Assembly: GCA_963777955.1 (NCBI GenBank) | Contig: CAVZSQ010000021.1 | Location: 64,001 to 128,000 of the forward strand | Source: Calditrichia bacterium | Lineage (GTDB): Bacteria > Calditrichota > Calditrichia > JAJRVZ01 | Length of the DNA: 64,000 nucleotides | Direction: 5' to 3' | Shown here: piece after piece, positions 62,588 to 64,000 of the stretch | Numbering within the stretch: position 1 is the first letter of the stretch | Layout of the letters: each line of letters starts with the position of its first letter | Translations under genes and position numbers: made by a program | Notes under the pieces: generated by a model | What the model saw: only the letters and a program-made list of their open reading frames with translations | Database searches by the model: none | Told to the model about the DNA's origin: nothing

Positions 62588-62801
62588 TTTGCAGGCACCC
62601 CGGTCTTACTTTAACACTTTTTGCAAGATGGGGATTTTAATTATTTTCAAAGTATAAATCAAGCAGAAAAACTATCAGGATAAATATAAGTATCTCCGGA
62701 AAAAATAGGTATACAAAAAAATGTAAAAATATGCAGAAAATTAATGTGGCAACCCTATTTTAGCGGATCCGGCCTGATATGTTACGGTTGCGGGGAAATG
62801 A

Positions 62802-64000
62802 TCAGAAGAGAGATTCTACTTTATTGATGAGATCATGAACGCTGAAAGGCTTTTCAATATAATGGACAATGCCCAGTTCTCGTAATTCCCGTTTTTTATC
62901 TTCATCGCCGATTCCGGAAATGATCAATATTTTCTGTTTCGGATTCAGCATTTTTAAATCATTATAGCAGGTAAAACCACTGACATCAGGCATGATCAGA
63001 TCCAGAAAAACAATATCAATCTCCATCATCTTTTCTTTATATATTTTCAGGCCTTTTTCTGCATTGTTAGCTGTATAAACTTTAAAACCAATCGACTTGA
63101 GCATATCATGAGCCAATTCGAGGATCATACTCTCGTCATCAATCACCAGAATGGAGCGATTCCGGCCGATATTCTTCAGATATTCATGGGCGACATCGGT
63201 ATCCTGAATACCTTCGGCCTTGGGTATTAATAAGACAAAAGTTGTCCCTTTATCAGGTTCACTCTGTACTTCAATTTCTCCGCAAATGCTTTTAATGATG
63301 CCATAAACCATGGATAAGCCAAGTCCTGTGCCTTTGCCCGGTTTCTTGGTTGTAAAGAAAGGATCAAAAATATGCTTCAGATTTTCCTTGCTGATGCCAT
63401 GGCCGTTATCATCAATTTCAAAACGGATATATTTGCCTTCGCTGAGTTGTTTATAACCGCTTTTATTTAAACTGGAAATTTCAAAATTACTCGCCTTGAA
63501 TATTATTTTACCACTTTCGCTGATGGCGTCCTTGGCATTTAAAGCCAGATTCATGATAATCTGCTGCAACTGCGCATCATCAATTTTAACGAAACCCAGA
63601 TCTTTCTCGAAATCAATTATAATGTCGACATTTTTATCAAATAATTTGCGGATAATATCGAATGTTTCCATCGCGGTTCTGGAGAAATCTGTAGCCAGTG
63701 CGGATTTAACCCGGTCTTCCCTGGCAAAATTCAATAGTCTTTTAACGATGTCGGATGCCCGGTTAGCTGATTTTTGTATGGCCTCAGCACGTTTAAAGTT
63801 CAGTTCGGTATTGGCGGTGGAAAGTTTAATCAATTCGGCATTGGGTAGGATACCGGTCAGAATATTATTGAATTCATGTGCAATCCCGCTGGCTAATAAT
63901 CCGATACTCTCCATTTTCTGGGCCTGCAGCAGTTGATGTTGTACTTTCTTTATATAAGTCATGTCTTTAAACAGGACCGAGAAACCGATTATATTATTGC
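62802..64000 (-). CDS. Hybrid sensor histidine kinase/response regulator (partial; 5' end beyond window)
   Basis: Frame open to the window edge; [35 protein letters not shown] (IDDE, DLIMP, KPF). Confidence 0.9.
   Translation of the reverse strand, partial: NNIIGFSVLFKDMTYIKKVQHQLLQAQKMESIGLLASGIAHEFNNILTGILPNAELIKLSTANTELNFKRAEAIQKSANRASDIVKRLLNFAREDRVKSALATDFSRTAMETFDIIRKLFDKNVDIIIDFEKDLGFVKIDDAQLQQIIMNLALNAKDAISESGKIIFKASNFEISSLNKSGYKQLSEGKYIRFEIDDNGHGISKENLKHIFDPFFTTKKPGKGTGLGLSMVYGIIKSICGEIEVQSEPDKGTTFVLLIPKAEGIQDTDVAHEYLKNIGRNRSILVIDDESMILELAHDMLKSIGFKVYTANNAEKGLKIYKEKMMEIDIVFLDLIMPDVSGFTCYNDLKMLNPKQKILIISGIGDEDKKRELRELGIVHYIEKPFSVHDLINKVESLF

Noticed and set aside
412..63936. Numerous short antisense or overlapping ORFs in the six-frame track (e.g. 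4947-5702, 8922-9377, 20977-21468, 49549-50067)
   Set aside because: They are shadows of well-supported genes with no recognisable motifs, apart from those used as frameshifted halves.

Overview
A gene-dense, moderate-GC bacterial chromosomal window. The fused ccoNO and several lipoprotein peptidases suggest an FCB-group-like lineage such as Calditrichota or KSB1; this is inference only. Left to right it holds: a partial SH3-domain NlpC/P60-type lipoprotein; a complete cbb3-type oxidase locus (TauE/DsbD_2-like, ccoI, ccoS, fused ccoNO, ccoQ, ccoP, ccoG, ccoH, plus a trailing Cys-rich ORF); serA, an esterase, a saccharopine/lysine dehydrogenase, cysQ and rlmB; a beta-oxidation operon (TetR-type fadR, thiolase, FadJ-like enzyme, acyl-CoA dehydrogenase, etfBA) behind a perfect Bacillus-type FadR palindrome; rsgA, an M28 peptidase, a small HNH protein, a hybrid kinase with a REC-GGDEF-EAL partner, and rlmI. 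Next is the most interesting locus: an operon of two non-canonical Ddl-like ATP-grasp ligases, a GNAT acetyltransferase and a lysine 2,3-aminomutase, preceded by a promoter and a 53-aa small ORF absent from the ORF track. The rest comprises a Rho_N-like protein, Dcp peptidase, K+-independent H+-PPase, an HD hydrolase, GT39, DinB, pseudouridine synthases, a GH109 enzyme, DUF genes, a HerA-like ATPase, CorA, an 11-subunit complex I operon (nuoABCDHIJKLMN, no nuoEFG, an 8-nt tandem repeat at the D-H junction) and a partial hybrid kinase. About 14 otherwise intact genes are broken by single-base indels, almost all +1 insertions, most likely long-read sequencing errors; they are reported as full-length CDSs. 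I found no rRNA, tRNA, CRISPR array or mobile element.
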